A stretch of DNA of 59,903 nucleotides from Perkinsus olseni (GCA_013115125.1 JABANN010000156.1:1-59903); one strand, 5' to 3'. Positions 37,198 to 50,024 are shown, counted from the first letter of the stretch. Notes: a model not told the origin generated them from the letters alone. Numbers and translations: made by a program.

Positions 37198-37370
37198 TAT
37201 TGGTATGCCAAAGTCAACTACCGACAAGGAGAGGAGAAGGCCAACACCCAAAGCATCTCGCCCCAGGAAGAGAAGCATTGAGCTCAAGTCGATGTAAGAA
37301 AGGAGAAGTAGGAGGAGGAGACACGGCAAATATGATAATGATGAAAAGCTAATCGCTGATGTAAAAAACG

Positions 37371-38606
37371 TTAGGCCGGTGGTGATACTGGTCGGTCTGG
37401 GTAAGAGAGGGCGGTAGCATATTTGACACTACGAGTGAAGTGCTGAGCCTCTTCTCGACACCGGCCTACCACTCCTCGGAGCCGAGCCTGCTGGGTACCC
37501 AACGTACACCTCTGCTGGGAGACAGGATGGTTAGCAACAGCAGCTGATGATGATGATGCCCGCCTTTGTCTTATCAAGGCTGCTATATGATGGCCAATCA
37601 TCAGTGCTGACTCCAATAGGATGAGGAGCTCCTCGACCTCCTCCGACCCGAAGTCCTCCAGATCGCCTATCGCCCGAGTGAGCTCAGCCAGAGCCTTCGC
37701 ATAAGACTCTTCGTCACCATCATCGACACTAAGACTCCCTCCCAAACTAGAAACACGCTCGGCTACAGCTACTGCCACGTGGACACTTCCTAGCAGCTTT
37801 CGGCGAGTGCCAACAGAGTCGGGGGTGTCGGGTGCTGGGGTCGAACCCGAGTCATCCTGAGGATCACGAAGCCACCGCCAGACGTTGGATAGCCAGGAAG
37901 CATCCTGAGCACTCTCATCACTGGCACTGGCTAGAATCGCGCTGCTACTTGAGGCACCGAAACCAGGCGATACCAGCGGGCTGTCCGAGTGTTCAGGGAC
38001 CGTGGGTATGGGTACGGAGGGGAGCTCCTCAGCGCGGGGAGTAGGGGTACTAGTGCCTCTACGGACGAGACCTTTGTCCTTCTCCCTGCCGTCAATGACG
38101 ATGAGGCGGCGAGGCGAGCGATGATCACTAGATGCCGAGGACAGACTGCTGCTGCCTCCTATAGAGTCACGAGATCTCGAGAATACTCCGGGCATCTCCA
38201 TCCGGCATTCTGCAGGGGGTGGCCGCTGCTGAGGGGACCCAGCAGAGAGGCTGTCCTGGACGACGACCTGGCCTGGCGGGTATGCATCCCGTGGGGTGCT
38301 CACGGCCTGCTGGGCAAGGGAGAATATCTTGTTACCGAAGCCTGCCAGGTACTCAGCACTAGCGAGAGCCGCCGCTTCGATGCCTGAGGAGAGGTCTTCT
38401 CCAAGGTCGTCAGCTACATCCCCCCAGAGGGGAGGCGGAGTGTTCACCAGGTACTCCACCGGCATGGCTCCCATTCCGGCCGCACCTTGAGATCGGCTCC
38501 CGTAGGAAGTAGAAGGACTACATTGCGAAGATCCACTGATTTCTGCCGCTATCGGCCTGTGGTAGGCCAGGTTCTCCTCGCTGTGGTCATAAGAGTGATC
38601 AGTGCC

Positions 38607-38647
<41 letters not shown>

Positions 38648-38860
38648 GAACGTTCACCGCGGTGGAAGGCTGCGCCACGGAGCTGCTTTCCTGTGAGACT
38701 GCCGCGACCTGCCTGCTCTTACACGGAAACGTCGATGATGATGATGATGCTAACGATGAACGAGATGAGGTGGAGGGGGAACGCGAGGTCAATTGACGAG
38801 AAGGCTGCGGTGAATGGGATAGCCCTCCTGGTTGAGAGGAACCTCCAACGTTGGCCACAG

Positions 38861-38905
<45 letters not shown>

Positions 38906-40354
38906 CAGTGGTTTCACTCGCTACAGCACACGAGCCTCCAGCTGCAGGTAGATCCTCCTCTTGAGGTACCGAGGAATACTCGTCATCGACCTCAGCTCCC
39001 GTGATGGCCAGGTGCTCCATACCCTCCGCGGATGCTGAATACTCATCACCCGGACAGGGCAGGATGGGTTGCTCTGTTCTCCCCGCATCCTCGGATACCC
39101 CGGCCGTATCATCGCTATGGGCATCATCATCATCATCATCAGCAGCAGCCCCCTGCCATACTACCCTATCCATGTCGTTCAAGGCATCACCCTCCGGTCC
39201 ACTGGTGTCTACCAATTCCGCGACATCCTGTGGGGCAGCTAAGTCGATAAGGTCCTCCTCCTCATAGCTGCTCCCTATGCTACCCCCACCACCAGAGGTA
39301 TTGGCCTCCCCTGAGCCGGTCGCTGTAGTGCTACCGTTGCCTCCTCTACTGAGCTTGGCGAACTCCTTCCGTATCATCGGTGATATGGCACTGTCATTGT
39401 TGATGAAGGTCGGGGTGCCGAGCAAGGGGCATTGAGCATACCACCCACCAGTCTCCAGACAAAGGCCCGTAAGGAGCAGCTCCGGCATGCCCATATCGTT
39501 AGCGGACGGCTGGACCCCGAAGACCGCCACATGGACGGGTATGGCGCGGACCACACAGCGACTAGCGAAGCTAATGAGAGCATCCTCAGGGAAGGAGGAC
39601 AGGGACTCCACATGCAGGAAGAGCAGCAGGCCGAGGTCGCCTGGCTGAGGGAAGATACTGTCGAGGTCGAACGGGCAGCGGGCCGATTCAGTACTGTGAG
39701 GGGAGGCCTCTACTGAGTCGATAAGCTGTTGGATATTTACCAAGCCCAACTTAGGATACTTCAGCAGGCCCTCAGGAGGCGAGTTTAACCGCACTTCGAG
39801 GCTGGCAGACACCAGCATGGACTCGGGCAGATGTAGGGGAAGTGTGGTAAGGAACTCACGAAAGGATGTGGATAGGATGGTGCCTGGCAAGTTCACGCTG
39901 CCCTGACAGGGGCCGCAAGCTGTACTACCGTATTTCGCCCGAATCTCCAAAGCTAGATCATCATTACAGTTAAGGGTGCCCATTCCTCCATTGGCAGTGA
40001 GCTTAGCCGTCCTCTCCCTGACCAGCTCGGACAGCCGATGGCGACGCTCCTGTTTCGAGAGAACGGAGAGCCGCAGCCAAGTGGAACCTCGAAGAGGCGC
40101 CGTGGTAGACAGATGAAACTTCGGTGATGACTATTACCACTCTCACACTCCCTGAGGACCTGTTCCCTTATCTCTGCCTCGAGCTCTACTCTCGTGCAGA
40201 GGGGAGCCCGCAGCCTCGGATTGCCACTATCAACATACAGCAACAGCCGGTCACCGCCTCCTCTACTGGCAGGCGGCGTGCCGGTGGCAGCGGCCAACAT
40301 CGGAGCAACCCGAACAATCAACTGAGAAGCCATTTGTACCCCCTGCTGAGCCAC
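37371..40354 (-). CDS. Large low-complexity hypothetical protein with possible degenerate vWA-like N-terminal region
   Basis: 870-aa ORF plus an upstream 133-aa ORF, probably joined by one intron. PVHVAVFG...LLLTGLCLETGGWY resembles the end of a vWA fold. Confidence 0.65.
38608..38646. repeat. (GCA)13, poly-Ala on the coding strand
   Basis: Read directly. Confidence 0.95.
38862..38903. repeat. (GCT)14, poly-Ser on the coding strand
   Basis: Read directly. Confidence 0.95.
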
Positions 40355-40502
40355 TTCATCCCTAGTGACAATACCAACGAAATGAGGCCCTTATGCTGAT
40401 GAAACTATCCGTAATGAGAGCAGCAGCGAGCGCTGGCATAAGCCAGCATACAACTCTACTAAAGGCCGAAACCTTGGTCCAACCGGGCAGCTCCACCGAC
40501 CA

Positions 40503-41833
40503 CTACGGCTGCAGCAGACGCTCAGTATGCGGCGATCGGGCGCTCCTGCTCAAGTGGGCCCTTGGGGACACCTTCCTCTCCGCTGGGGACGCTACCAATG
40601 GTGCTGATAGGGGTACCAGGCTTGGCGAGACCTGAAGAGATAATAGTAAAGGCAATGTACTGCTGCTCTTACTCTAGCCTTGGTGTCCAATCCGAAGGGC
40701 AGGCGGACCGCTTGGTCGTAGACCAGCTGACCGTATACCAGTAGTACGAAGCCGAGAGCCTGCACCCAGGAGTACTTAGTAAGGGGCTCCCCTAAACCGT
40801 AACCGGGAGCAGCATAGTACCTACAACTCTAATGAGGACAGAGAAGCCATCACTTTACTCATTACATCAGTACTGACACTAGCCAGATTACTATGGTCCT
40901 TGAGGCGTCCAAAAAAGTATGATGTATAGCCGAGGCCTCGGCAGTGACCATGACGCCGCATATGTTGAAAACAAGGATGGAGATGATGAACCCCAGTGTG
41001 CAGGTGAGAAGCAGAGGAGAGTTGGACAACATAACGAAGGAGTCCTCAGTATTCTCCATCACCTTGCCCGTGTCCGATCCAGGTAGGTTCTGCAGGGCTG
41101 GTACGAAGACTAGGCACATGAGTAGAGTGCCCCAGAAGCCCTCCAAGCCCACCAACGCCATCGGAGCTACGTCGTTGGGCGGCTTGAGTAGGAACTCCTC
41201 CAAGACGTATTGGGCAGCACACACCACTTGGCCGGCTACTATGATGAATATCCCTAGGAGCATCAATGGTAGGGTCACCACCTGTGTCTGCTGTTCACGC
41301 GATGATAGGGAGGATACCCCCACCAAAACGAGGGCAATAAGACAGAGGCAGACTCCTACCCAGTGATGGCGGTACATTTTACGGCCGAGGAAAATGACAG
41401 AGAAAAGGGCCGAGAATAGTAGTATACTTCCCTTGAGCATTTGGTATACTGATACTGGGGTGTAGACTAGGCCAATAGCCTGCAGGGACGACCCCAACAG
41501 ATCGAACACTGATGGGATACATACAGTAAACCACATACGGAGGCCAATGCTGCTAGCTGCTGCTGCTGCTTCAGGTGCTGCTGCTTCAGGTGCTGGAGCA
41601 TTGGCCGAGGCGCTGCTACTGCTCTTGCCACTCCGACGACGCAAACAGTAGTGCAGTGGTAGCGCTAGCAGCATGGCAAGGAACATGACCAGGCTCATGA
41701 ACCAAGGCTTCTGGAAGTAATGAAGCGTACCGTCTACTCCCATACCAGTACTTTGGAACATCAACTTCTCTATTATAGAGTTGGCGGACCCAGCCAATAG
41801 CCCGATACCAAATATGCATGAGAAGGTCACCAT
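40503..41833 (-). CDS. SLC35F6: SLC35F6-like DMT / nucleotide-sugar transporter, paralogue 1
   Basis: FQKPWFMSLVMFLAM, IPSVFDLLGSSL, SVYQMLKGSILLFSALFS, LVGLEGFWG, ASAIHHTFLDASRTIVIW. Start uncertain. Confidence 0.85.
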
Positions 41834-42147
41834 GGACGAAGATGGAAAAAAGATATGACTTGGCATGGCCGCAGTGAGACAAACTGCAGAACACAACACT
41901 CTGGGAGTGTGTACGAAAGGTAGTGCGGTAAGCACTATAAGAATAAAATGAAGCATATGCCAGCAGGTGGCTAGACAGCACTACATAGACCCACAAAGCC
42001 CATGCAGCAGCAGCCACCATGCCAAGGTTCTAGGAGGGGGGTCACATAGAGGAGTGGACGACGATTAGATAAATCTGACTAGTATCAGCCGTGGGATGGT
42101 ACATACAGTAATCAGAAGGTGGACCAAGACCACAGCAGACGGCGGGA

Positions 42148-43328
42148 TTATGGCCGACTGCAAGGATGCTCCTCGAGATCCTCGCTAACTCCTTGGTCCT
42201 TACGACGCTCTACTTCAGGCGATGAGCTGAAGCATGCTGAGCGGAATGGAATGCTGAGAACATTATCATAGATGAGTTGACCATATACAAGTACCGTGAA
42301 GCCAAACGCCTGTATAATAGAGTACCAAGTGAGGGGTTCTCCCAGGTGATGATCACTGCTCGTGTAGTACCTGATACAGGGGGAAATCTGCGTGAAATGA
42401 GCTGCCTCCCAGCCTACATTATGATGGACAACACCCAAACAGATAGAGTCCTTGTAACCTCTAAGAATGATCGATGGACTGCCGACGACTGTGCTGTCAC
42501 CAATGCAGCACTGAGCTTGTATATGAAAAAGGCTGTGAAGAGTCCAACAGCCAAACTCATAAGGACACTAGATTCCCGCAGCATCATCAGTGTATCCGAA
42601 GTATTTTCTAGAACACCTCCAACGTCATAGCCTGGTACGTGCTGTAACAACGGTAGGGCGAATGACAACATCACTAAAGATCCCCAGAAGCCCTCTACTC
42701 CAACCATCAGCAATGGAGGTAGAGTGTGTGGCGGTTTAAGGAGATACTCTTCTACAACGAACTGTGCACCTCGCATGAACTGAGCAGCCAGCACAAGGCC
42801 AAGGCCGAGAGCTATGTCCGCTGACCCAGCCCTACCGGGGGTCCTCTTGGAGAGGACATGGGCGATAGCGACAGGGATAAGACCGAATACACAGATACAC
42901 AGACCGACCCAATTGCTGTCTGTGAATCTTTTACGCAAGAAAATGCGACGAAAGAGCGCCGAAAAGATGAGGACGCTTCCTTTGAGGATTTGAAAAATCG
43001 AAGCTGGGATGTAGACTAAGGCTATGTTCTGTAGCGAAGAGCCAGTGAGTTCGCAAAGGGCGGGGATGGCTACAACTAAGAGAATCTTCAACTTGACTGA
43101 TTGCAGGTTTTTACGGTATCCTTGGAAACATAGGGAGACCAAGTGAACGAAAGCGGACGTGAACATAGCCAACATTGTGACGGTAGTGACGAAACCAGGC
43201 TTGACGAAGAGATGGGGGGCCCAGCCATCGAGACCGATGGAGGAAGACTGATACATGGTCTTCATGATGGTGTAGGTCCCTGTACCAGATAATACACCGA
43301 CTATAAAGTAGAGTAGATAACGAGACAT
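42148..43328 (-). CDS. SLC35F6: SLC35F6-like transporter, paralogue 2
   Basis: FVKPGFVT, IPALCELTGSSL, SIFQILKGSVLIFSALF, MVGVEGFWG, SSAVHRSFLEVTRTLSVW; intron at the same M|YY position as paralogue 1. Confidence 0.85.
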
Positions 43329-43556
43329 ACTGACAACAGGAGGATACCGACAAAAGACCTGACAAGGGACGGGGCCATATGCGGACATCCAATCTCACGA
43401 AGCGAAGCAGCGGGTGCTGCTGGTCGTACTACTGCAGTACAGCGGGTCTCCAGTCCAGGCCCATGTGATGACGAACCAGGGAGGGAACTTCTCTCAGGGA
43501 AGGGTCACTGCCAACAAGGAGCAGCCGCCGTCACGTGCACGCATGCGCAAGCAGTA

Positions 43557-43586
43557 GCGCGCGCCCTTAAATATGAGATCCTGCGC
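43557..43586 (-). promoter_or_regulatory. Candidate promoter motif at a divergent strand switch
   Basis: Minus strand reads GCGCAG-GATCTCATAT-TTAAGG-GCGCGCGC; near-copy of 25342-25369. Confidence 0.5.
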
Positions 43587-43678
43587 AGACGGTCGCGCGC
43601 AAGAAGTGTGAGAGGACTGCCGGGCAGGTGTCATCGTTTGCAGTTATTGAGGGTGCAACCCCACCCTATTTTATTATT

Positions 43679-46110
43679 ATGAGCGGTCCTGATGATGCCC
43701 CTACTGATGGACGGGGATGGGATGCCCTTTGGAAGAGTGGCCAAGGCTTGGCTGCGGCGCTACAGAGTCAGTCACAGGAGGTCGCCGCTAAGATACAGGT
43801 CCAAGCTCATGACCTGGCTCATCAGGTACTACTATCACCATCCATCTCGCTTTCCTCGTTCTTACTATCGTACAGGCTTGTCCGAGTTGGCCCTTCGGTT
43901 AGGTATCCTCGACGGAGTGGGGAGGTAGAGTGACCACTGTAGTGCAGCAGGTGGTACGGGCATCACTAGTGGTGGTGACTAAGCTGTGGTATGGTGACAG
44001 GCCGCTGAAACCCTACATCGCGACTATCGCAAGGCTGCGGCAGCCGCTTTGCCTACAGAGAAGCCGCCCAAAAGGAATGCTGTTATCAAGCTGGCTCCTC
44101 GGGTATTCATCATACCCTTCCCTGAGAAGAACAGGGCCTCCTCGATTGCTGCGGCCCTTCCCGACAACTGCAAGATTTTTAACATGTCGGAACGGAAGTA
44201 GTATCTTGAGAAATCTTAGGTTGAAGCTGGCGAATCATACACTTTTAGATACGACCCTTCAGAGATGTTCCCCAGTCTATCAATCTCGGTGGTCGACATA
44301 GTCTTCCCCGGGCTGCCGTATCCTTCTCTCGTCAAAACTGCTGAGATTTGTCTTCAAGTGGAGGAGTGGCTTAACGGTGATCCTACCCGCTGTGTTGCAG
44401 TAGTACAGTTGGGCCGTTCCATTCACGACGCTAACTCCTCTACCTGCTGTAGTTACACTGCATCCCAAGCGGCCTGCCTACCCGTACAGCAGTGGTCTCA
44501 GCATGCCTCCTCTTCTGGCTCTACCCAGCTGAATACAGTCATCCCTTGGATGCGGTCCCACGGGCGTGCAAGTGTTTGCCCCTCAAGGAAGATGATTTGT
44601 TACCGAGTCAGAGACGGTAATACACTGGGAACGGCTTTATCGTGATATACTACCTCTCCGACTTGTGCATGCATCGGTCCTCGCGGACGTTTCGATAACC
44701 TACCACGCCTGCAGGTACCTCTCTTACTTCTACCGCTGCATCTGCAGTCGTCGTAGTAGTAGTGGCAGTAGCGATGACAGCTCTGATTCTACCGTGGAGG
44801 GAAACTACCTAACACCCCTACCAGTTAGCATGAAGATCGTCCAGGTCATTGTCAAGGCTAATGATGATTGTGATAGTGGTAGTAATCGGGCTGTACTCTT
44901 GTTGATTTCTCGACGATGATGATGCAGATAGCACACCGCTGGCTAACCCTACATCCAAGGTTGGGTGGAGGCCTTACTTGGACCTATGGCAACAGGGACG
45001 AAAGCTCTACTCAAGTTGGGAAGCCATTGGGGACGACTCGGCACCCGCTAAGAAGTCGAGAGCGGATGAACCTGTCCTCACCTTTACGATACCTAATGGC
45101 GGTATACCGATCAGCGAGGATGTAGTAGCGGGGAGAGTAAGGGAAGGCATTGCTGTCTACAGGTCATCCTGCGACTGCGGACGTATCCCGGGCCTCATAC
45201 GGTGTTCCGCGTCCCTTTGCCGTGCCCCGGGGTGCTCTATCACGACCAAACCAAGCGTATACTGCTCACCCGAGCTGACTTGGACGGCGGCGTCCTGTCG
45301 GAATTCGTGGACGATGTGGAAGTGGTCTTTTCATTTGACGGTGATACTATTACTACTGCAGTGGGGAGGCAAGTGGGCAGCTTATCGAGTTTTCAGATAC
45401 GCAAGTTGATGAGGATAATCCCGCGATACGGAACGCCCGTCAAGTGCTGGTCGACTGCAGAGCTAAGTTTAAGCGGCATTACACTGAGGACATCACTAAA
45501 GGAGGTCGTAGAAGCATTAGTAGCAGTAGAAGTAGTAAAGGGAACGGAGGCAGCAGGTCGAGTCGAAAAAAAGAGGTGAGGGTGAGACTTTCCATGGGAT
45601 AATCTGAGGATGGGCATTTCAGGGCAAGTCATCGGGCGACACTCCCAAGCGGAGGACCAAAAGAAGCGAGAAGCTTCCTAAAGTCACCGAGGCAGTGAAT
45701 TCTACGACGGCTATTCAGAAGGAGGAGAAGGCTGCTGGGTTTGTCACGACTGGTACTGTCCCCTCTTCTAATACTGGTGTGAAGGAGATATCAATCCCAA
45801 TAGAAGCCGCGGTGGGTGATGCTGAGCTAGGACTGGATGATCTGTAATACTAGCGGGGCTCTTGAGTCAGCATCGGCATAGTGGCTAGTGGTAGGTATGG
45901 CTTGACAGCTGTAGACGATGTATGGGGTGATGCTGCCATACAGCAGAATGGTGACTCACTTGGAGAGGAGACTATCGTTTTACCGTCTAAGGAGGAAGAG
46001 GATCGGCGAAGCGATCCATCATCTATCCCTTCTTTATTCGGCAAGAAAGATGCCGGATGACACTGGATGGGATACTGTCAGTATCTTCATCATCATCAAC
46101 GTCATCATAA
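43679..46110 (+). CDS. PTEN/tensin-like phosphatase-fold plus C2 domain protein
   Basis: KIFNMSER|YD, PYPSLVKTAEICLQVEEWLNGDPTRCVAVLHC, LLPSQRR|YLSYF, PYLDLWQQGRKLYSS. 3' end uncertain (46060 or 46110). Confidence 0.8.
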
Positions 46111-46554
46111 TCATCTTCACGTACCATTCCTCTCGTCTGATAGTGTAAAGCCGCTGCTGTTCTCCCCCTCCTGCTGCTGCTCTACCAGTCTCCTCCCACT
46201 CCGTCCCTGTAAATAGAGGCTCGTATGGCCCTAGAGTGGTTGAGGAGGTGCTGGTCGTCATCTTCATCAAGGGTAGTGCTGAATGTCTTATCAGGCTTGC
46301 TTGCGTTGAGCAGTCATCTCAAATCCCGCGCCTCCTACCTCATCGCCCGACTGGAAACGATAGAAATCGCGCCTGGTGTCTCTCCGTCATCGCCATCGGC
46401 TTGTGATGGCCCTTCCCAGTCTGCAATTTCATATTGCTGCGGCCCCGTAGAAGGCCACCCGTGGTCTGGGTAAGATGCCGTTCATTCAAAGGACAACAGT
46501 ACACTGGTTGACTACTGAGAGTAATCTAGGGCGTTTTGCGTGATTGTCCTTAAA

Positions 46555-48928
46555 ATGGATCCAGCAGAGGAGACGATGGGAGTAGAGGGCAGCAGTAGCA
46601 GCGGGGAGAGGGAGAAGGAGGCTGGCAAGGAGGAGAAGGACTTTATGTCCCACCTGTATGTGTTCACAGCACATAAGGGTGGGATGGATAACGTGGATAA
46701 GAAGCTACAACTAGAAGTGATAGAGGAGATGAGCAAGAATAGTAGTATCAGGGCCGGGGCTAGGGTTGGTAGTAATGAAGGGTATCATGAGTAGGCACTC
46801 ACCATGCTGCTGCCTTGAGGAGGGACAAGAGGGTCGCTGAGCGTATAGAGACCATCAAGGCAGCTGTCGTGGCGATGACTAAACAGGACAGAGCCCAGAG
46901 GGGGGCGGAGAGCGACGCGTGAGAGGGGGCCTGAGGTCTGAGCCGCAGCAGTATCCTGTGTCCTCTCTTGCAGTATCATAGCATCCGCGAGGAGGCACTG
47001 TGCTTGCGACTCTGATAGATGGTGCTGTGTAGTCGACATGGATATGTTCTACGCTGCAGTGGAGATCAGGGATGATCCCTCCCTCAATGGTAGTATTATC
47101 ATCGGCATCCCTCGACCCTCGGTGAATTCAGATGTCCCCCTGGCTGTTGGTGGTGACTCTATGATATCCACCGCCAACTATGTGGCCCGGAGGTAGGGCC
47201 ATCACCACACAAGGGCCGTCCCTTGCCTCCCAGCGTAGGTACGGCGTGAGAGCTGCCATGCCCGGCTTCATCGCTCGGGAGCTTTGCCGACGACAGGGCG
47301 TGGAACTGAGGTTCAAGCCGGTGGACATGCCGCGGTATCAAGCTGCTAGTGACCTGTTCAAGGAGGCCGTCTTGCCGTGTGGTCCAATGAAGATGCTCTC
47401 ACTGGATGAGGTGCTACCAGTAGTTGACGTTGGTGCCGAGTCTAGTAGTGCTTAGGCGTATATCGACATAACTGCTAGGGTTAAGGAGGCAGCGACGGTG
47501 GCTGATGACAACACGACGCCGCAAGTGGACGCGGAGGAGGCGGCAGCGACCCGGCTGGTAGCGCCATGACGCTGTCCGTACAAGAGTAGTCCTGCTGGAC
47601 ACAGGTGTCTCGTATGAGGGAGGAGGTCCGTGAGAAGACTGGTGGCCTCACTTGTAGTGCTGGTATAGCGAGGGGCTGCTTCCGTCTAGCGAAGATGGGC
47701 TCTGATATTAACAAGCCCAATGGGCAGTTTATGGTACCAACCACTCGTGAGGAGATGCTGCGGTGGCTGCATGATTTGCCCATCCGAAAGGTGAGGCGCT
47801 GTGGGAGGCTGTGGGGAGCAGAGGTCTCCTGCCAGTTGCACGGGGTTGGCCGGGTCAGTGAGCGGGAGCTCAGTGCCGGCCTTGGTATAGAGAAAGTTGG
47901 TGACGTCATCAAGAAGGCAGCCGAACTGTTACACACTATGTCGAGCAATGGCGGCCACTGGGTAGGAGATAGAGGCTACTGCTGCGTCACGCGCCACGAA
48001 ATTGGCCCCTTCACTCAGCTCATCAATGCAGCAATGGGTGTGGCGGACACGGAAGATATCATCGGGGCCACCGAGTCCGGACCTAAGTCCATCAGCCAAG
48101 AGAGTAGTACTTGCGTCCGAAGTGAGAGCGGGTGGGCTAGTAGGCACTCACCTCAGGGTCGCTATCGACAACTGAATCTGGATCGACAGCTTACCTTCAC
48201 GAGGTCCTGCAGGAGTTGTGTACTAAGGTCATGGAGCTGTGCCAAGAGAAAGGACAATATGGTCGTTGTGTCACTTTGAAGCTCAAGACGTTCGAGTGGG
48301 ACGTGAAGCAGAAGTCTAACACGCTAAGGAGGGAGGTACCGCTCACCTACCGTCTACCGGGGGGTCAGCGTGGCTATGGTACAGGTGAGGAGTGAGAGGC
48401 TACTGTACGAGACGGCCAGTGAGCTGATGGGAGCAGCAATGACAGCAGCTTCTATCAAGAAACCTGTACGCCTGCTTGGGGTCAGAGTGTCAGCCTTCCA
48501 CACAGCGCCCCAAGGCCAGAGTAGGGGTATACCACCGGGGTGGGATCATCGCCCCTGCAGGTACTCTGGGAGAGTTCTTAGCAGCACACCAGTTCAGCAG
48601 CAGCAGTAGTAAAGCGTCGATGGAGGAATGCGTTGCAGTTGAGGAGAGTGGAGGGGATGAGCGGAGGGAAAACGCTTGTTGGGATTGTACAGTGTGCACC
48701 TTCCTCAACAAGACGACGGCTCGGAGTTGCGCGATGTGCGGTACGGCCCGCAGGAGCGAACCGATGGTCGATGAGCGGGCATGTAGCCGCAGTACCAAGA
48801 GGGCTATGGTGGACGACGGTCGAAGGCCTAGGAAGGTTCACAAAGGGGGAGGTATGGAGAGGTATATGATCAGGGGCTCGGGGGCTCGGGACAAGGAAGC
48901 AGGGATAATAGATTTGACCGATGACTGA
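46555..48928 (+). CDS. POLK: DNA polymerase kappa (Y-family, DinB)
   Basis: [10 protein letters not shown]-clasp, [82 protein letters not shown]. Confidence 0.95.
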
Positions 48929-49118
48929 GGCCGAGTGATGGCATCCTGGAGAGTTGAAGGCTACGAGGCACCGAGGGTTATCCCATGGCTCGGAGAGGCC
49001 ATGGTGGGGCAGTAATTAGGACAAATGCAGCTGCTGTTTCATCGTACTTCACTATCGCAGGAGGGCTTGTGTTTGTAGTTGTGCCAACACTGGGATTAAC
49101 TCAGTCCTTAGTCGCCTT

Positions 49119-50024
49119 ATGATCGGCCGTGGTCTTGTTGACTCTACCACTGCAGTTGATAATAGGGAGCCTCTCACTGCTGCTGCTGCTGCTGCTGCTG
49201 AGCCCCAGCAGCAGCAGCAGCGTGACGATGCAGAGGAGCATGTGGGGTCGTCTAGCAGGAACGAGGAGAAAGAGGCAACAGCTGATGCCTCCGCTCCTCT
49301 CCCTCCAGGGGTGATTCTCATCTCATCTCTCCCATGCCTCGGTGGTCCACTTTGCAGACTCGGATGAGTGGCTGGGGGACTGGGACTACTGCTGGCCTTG
49401 GTGAGCAACGGGCGCAGAGGCGAGCAGCGGCGGACTTGACCGATGATGACGACGACGATGGCATACCGGTGATACCAGACCTAGAGGAGGAGGACATGAC
49501 GCGGTAGTAGCAGCCTGTGGTGGTGATAATGATGGGTGATGTGCGTACCAGGCAAGTGGCGGCTCCTCCTACGGACTATGCCCTACACCTCAGTACTCAG
49601 AAGGAACTACAAGAAGCAGCAGCAGCATCACCCGATGGCAACAAGAGTACACGCAAACTGGTTCGGATACTTCCTACGTCTCACGCTGAAAACAGCTCAA
49701 CCTCGCAGTTTTCTACAGCGCGAGGCAGCTCCGGATGCCCCCTTAGAAGGGGATGCTGTACCGAGGAGTTGCGATTACTTCAGGCGAATCATCGTGTTTG
49801 CGCCCGTTGGACCCTCACCCGGAGCCAGGGATAGATCTATCGGTCCTCTTCGAAGTACTCCTAACCCCAGAGGAGCTAGAGGTGAAGGTCTACTCCTCTC
49901 GAGATCTCCCCACCACCCAGCTGCTCAGGATCCGAATGAAGTGTGGGACCACGGGCTGCTCCTACAACAGTTGGCTGCCGAGATGGCCGCAGAGGAGGGG
50001 GGTCCGCCGCAGCCTCTGCTCTGA
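49119..50024 (+). CDS. IFT43: Intraflagellar transport protein 43
   Basis: Spliced GIPVIPDLEEEDMTRQVAAPP...IDLSVLFEVLLTPEELE|DPNEVWDHGLLLQQLAAEM matches the IFT43 conserved blocks. Confidence 0.85.
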
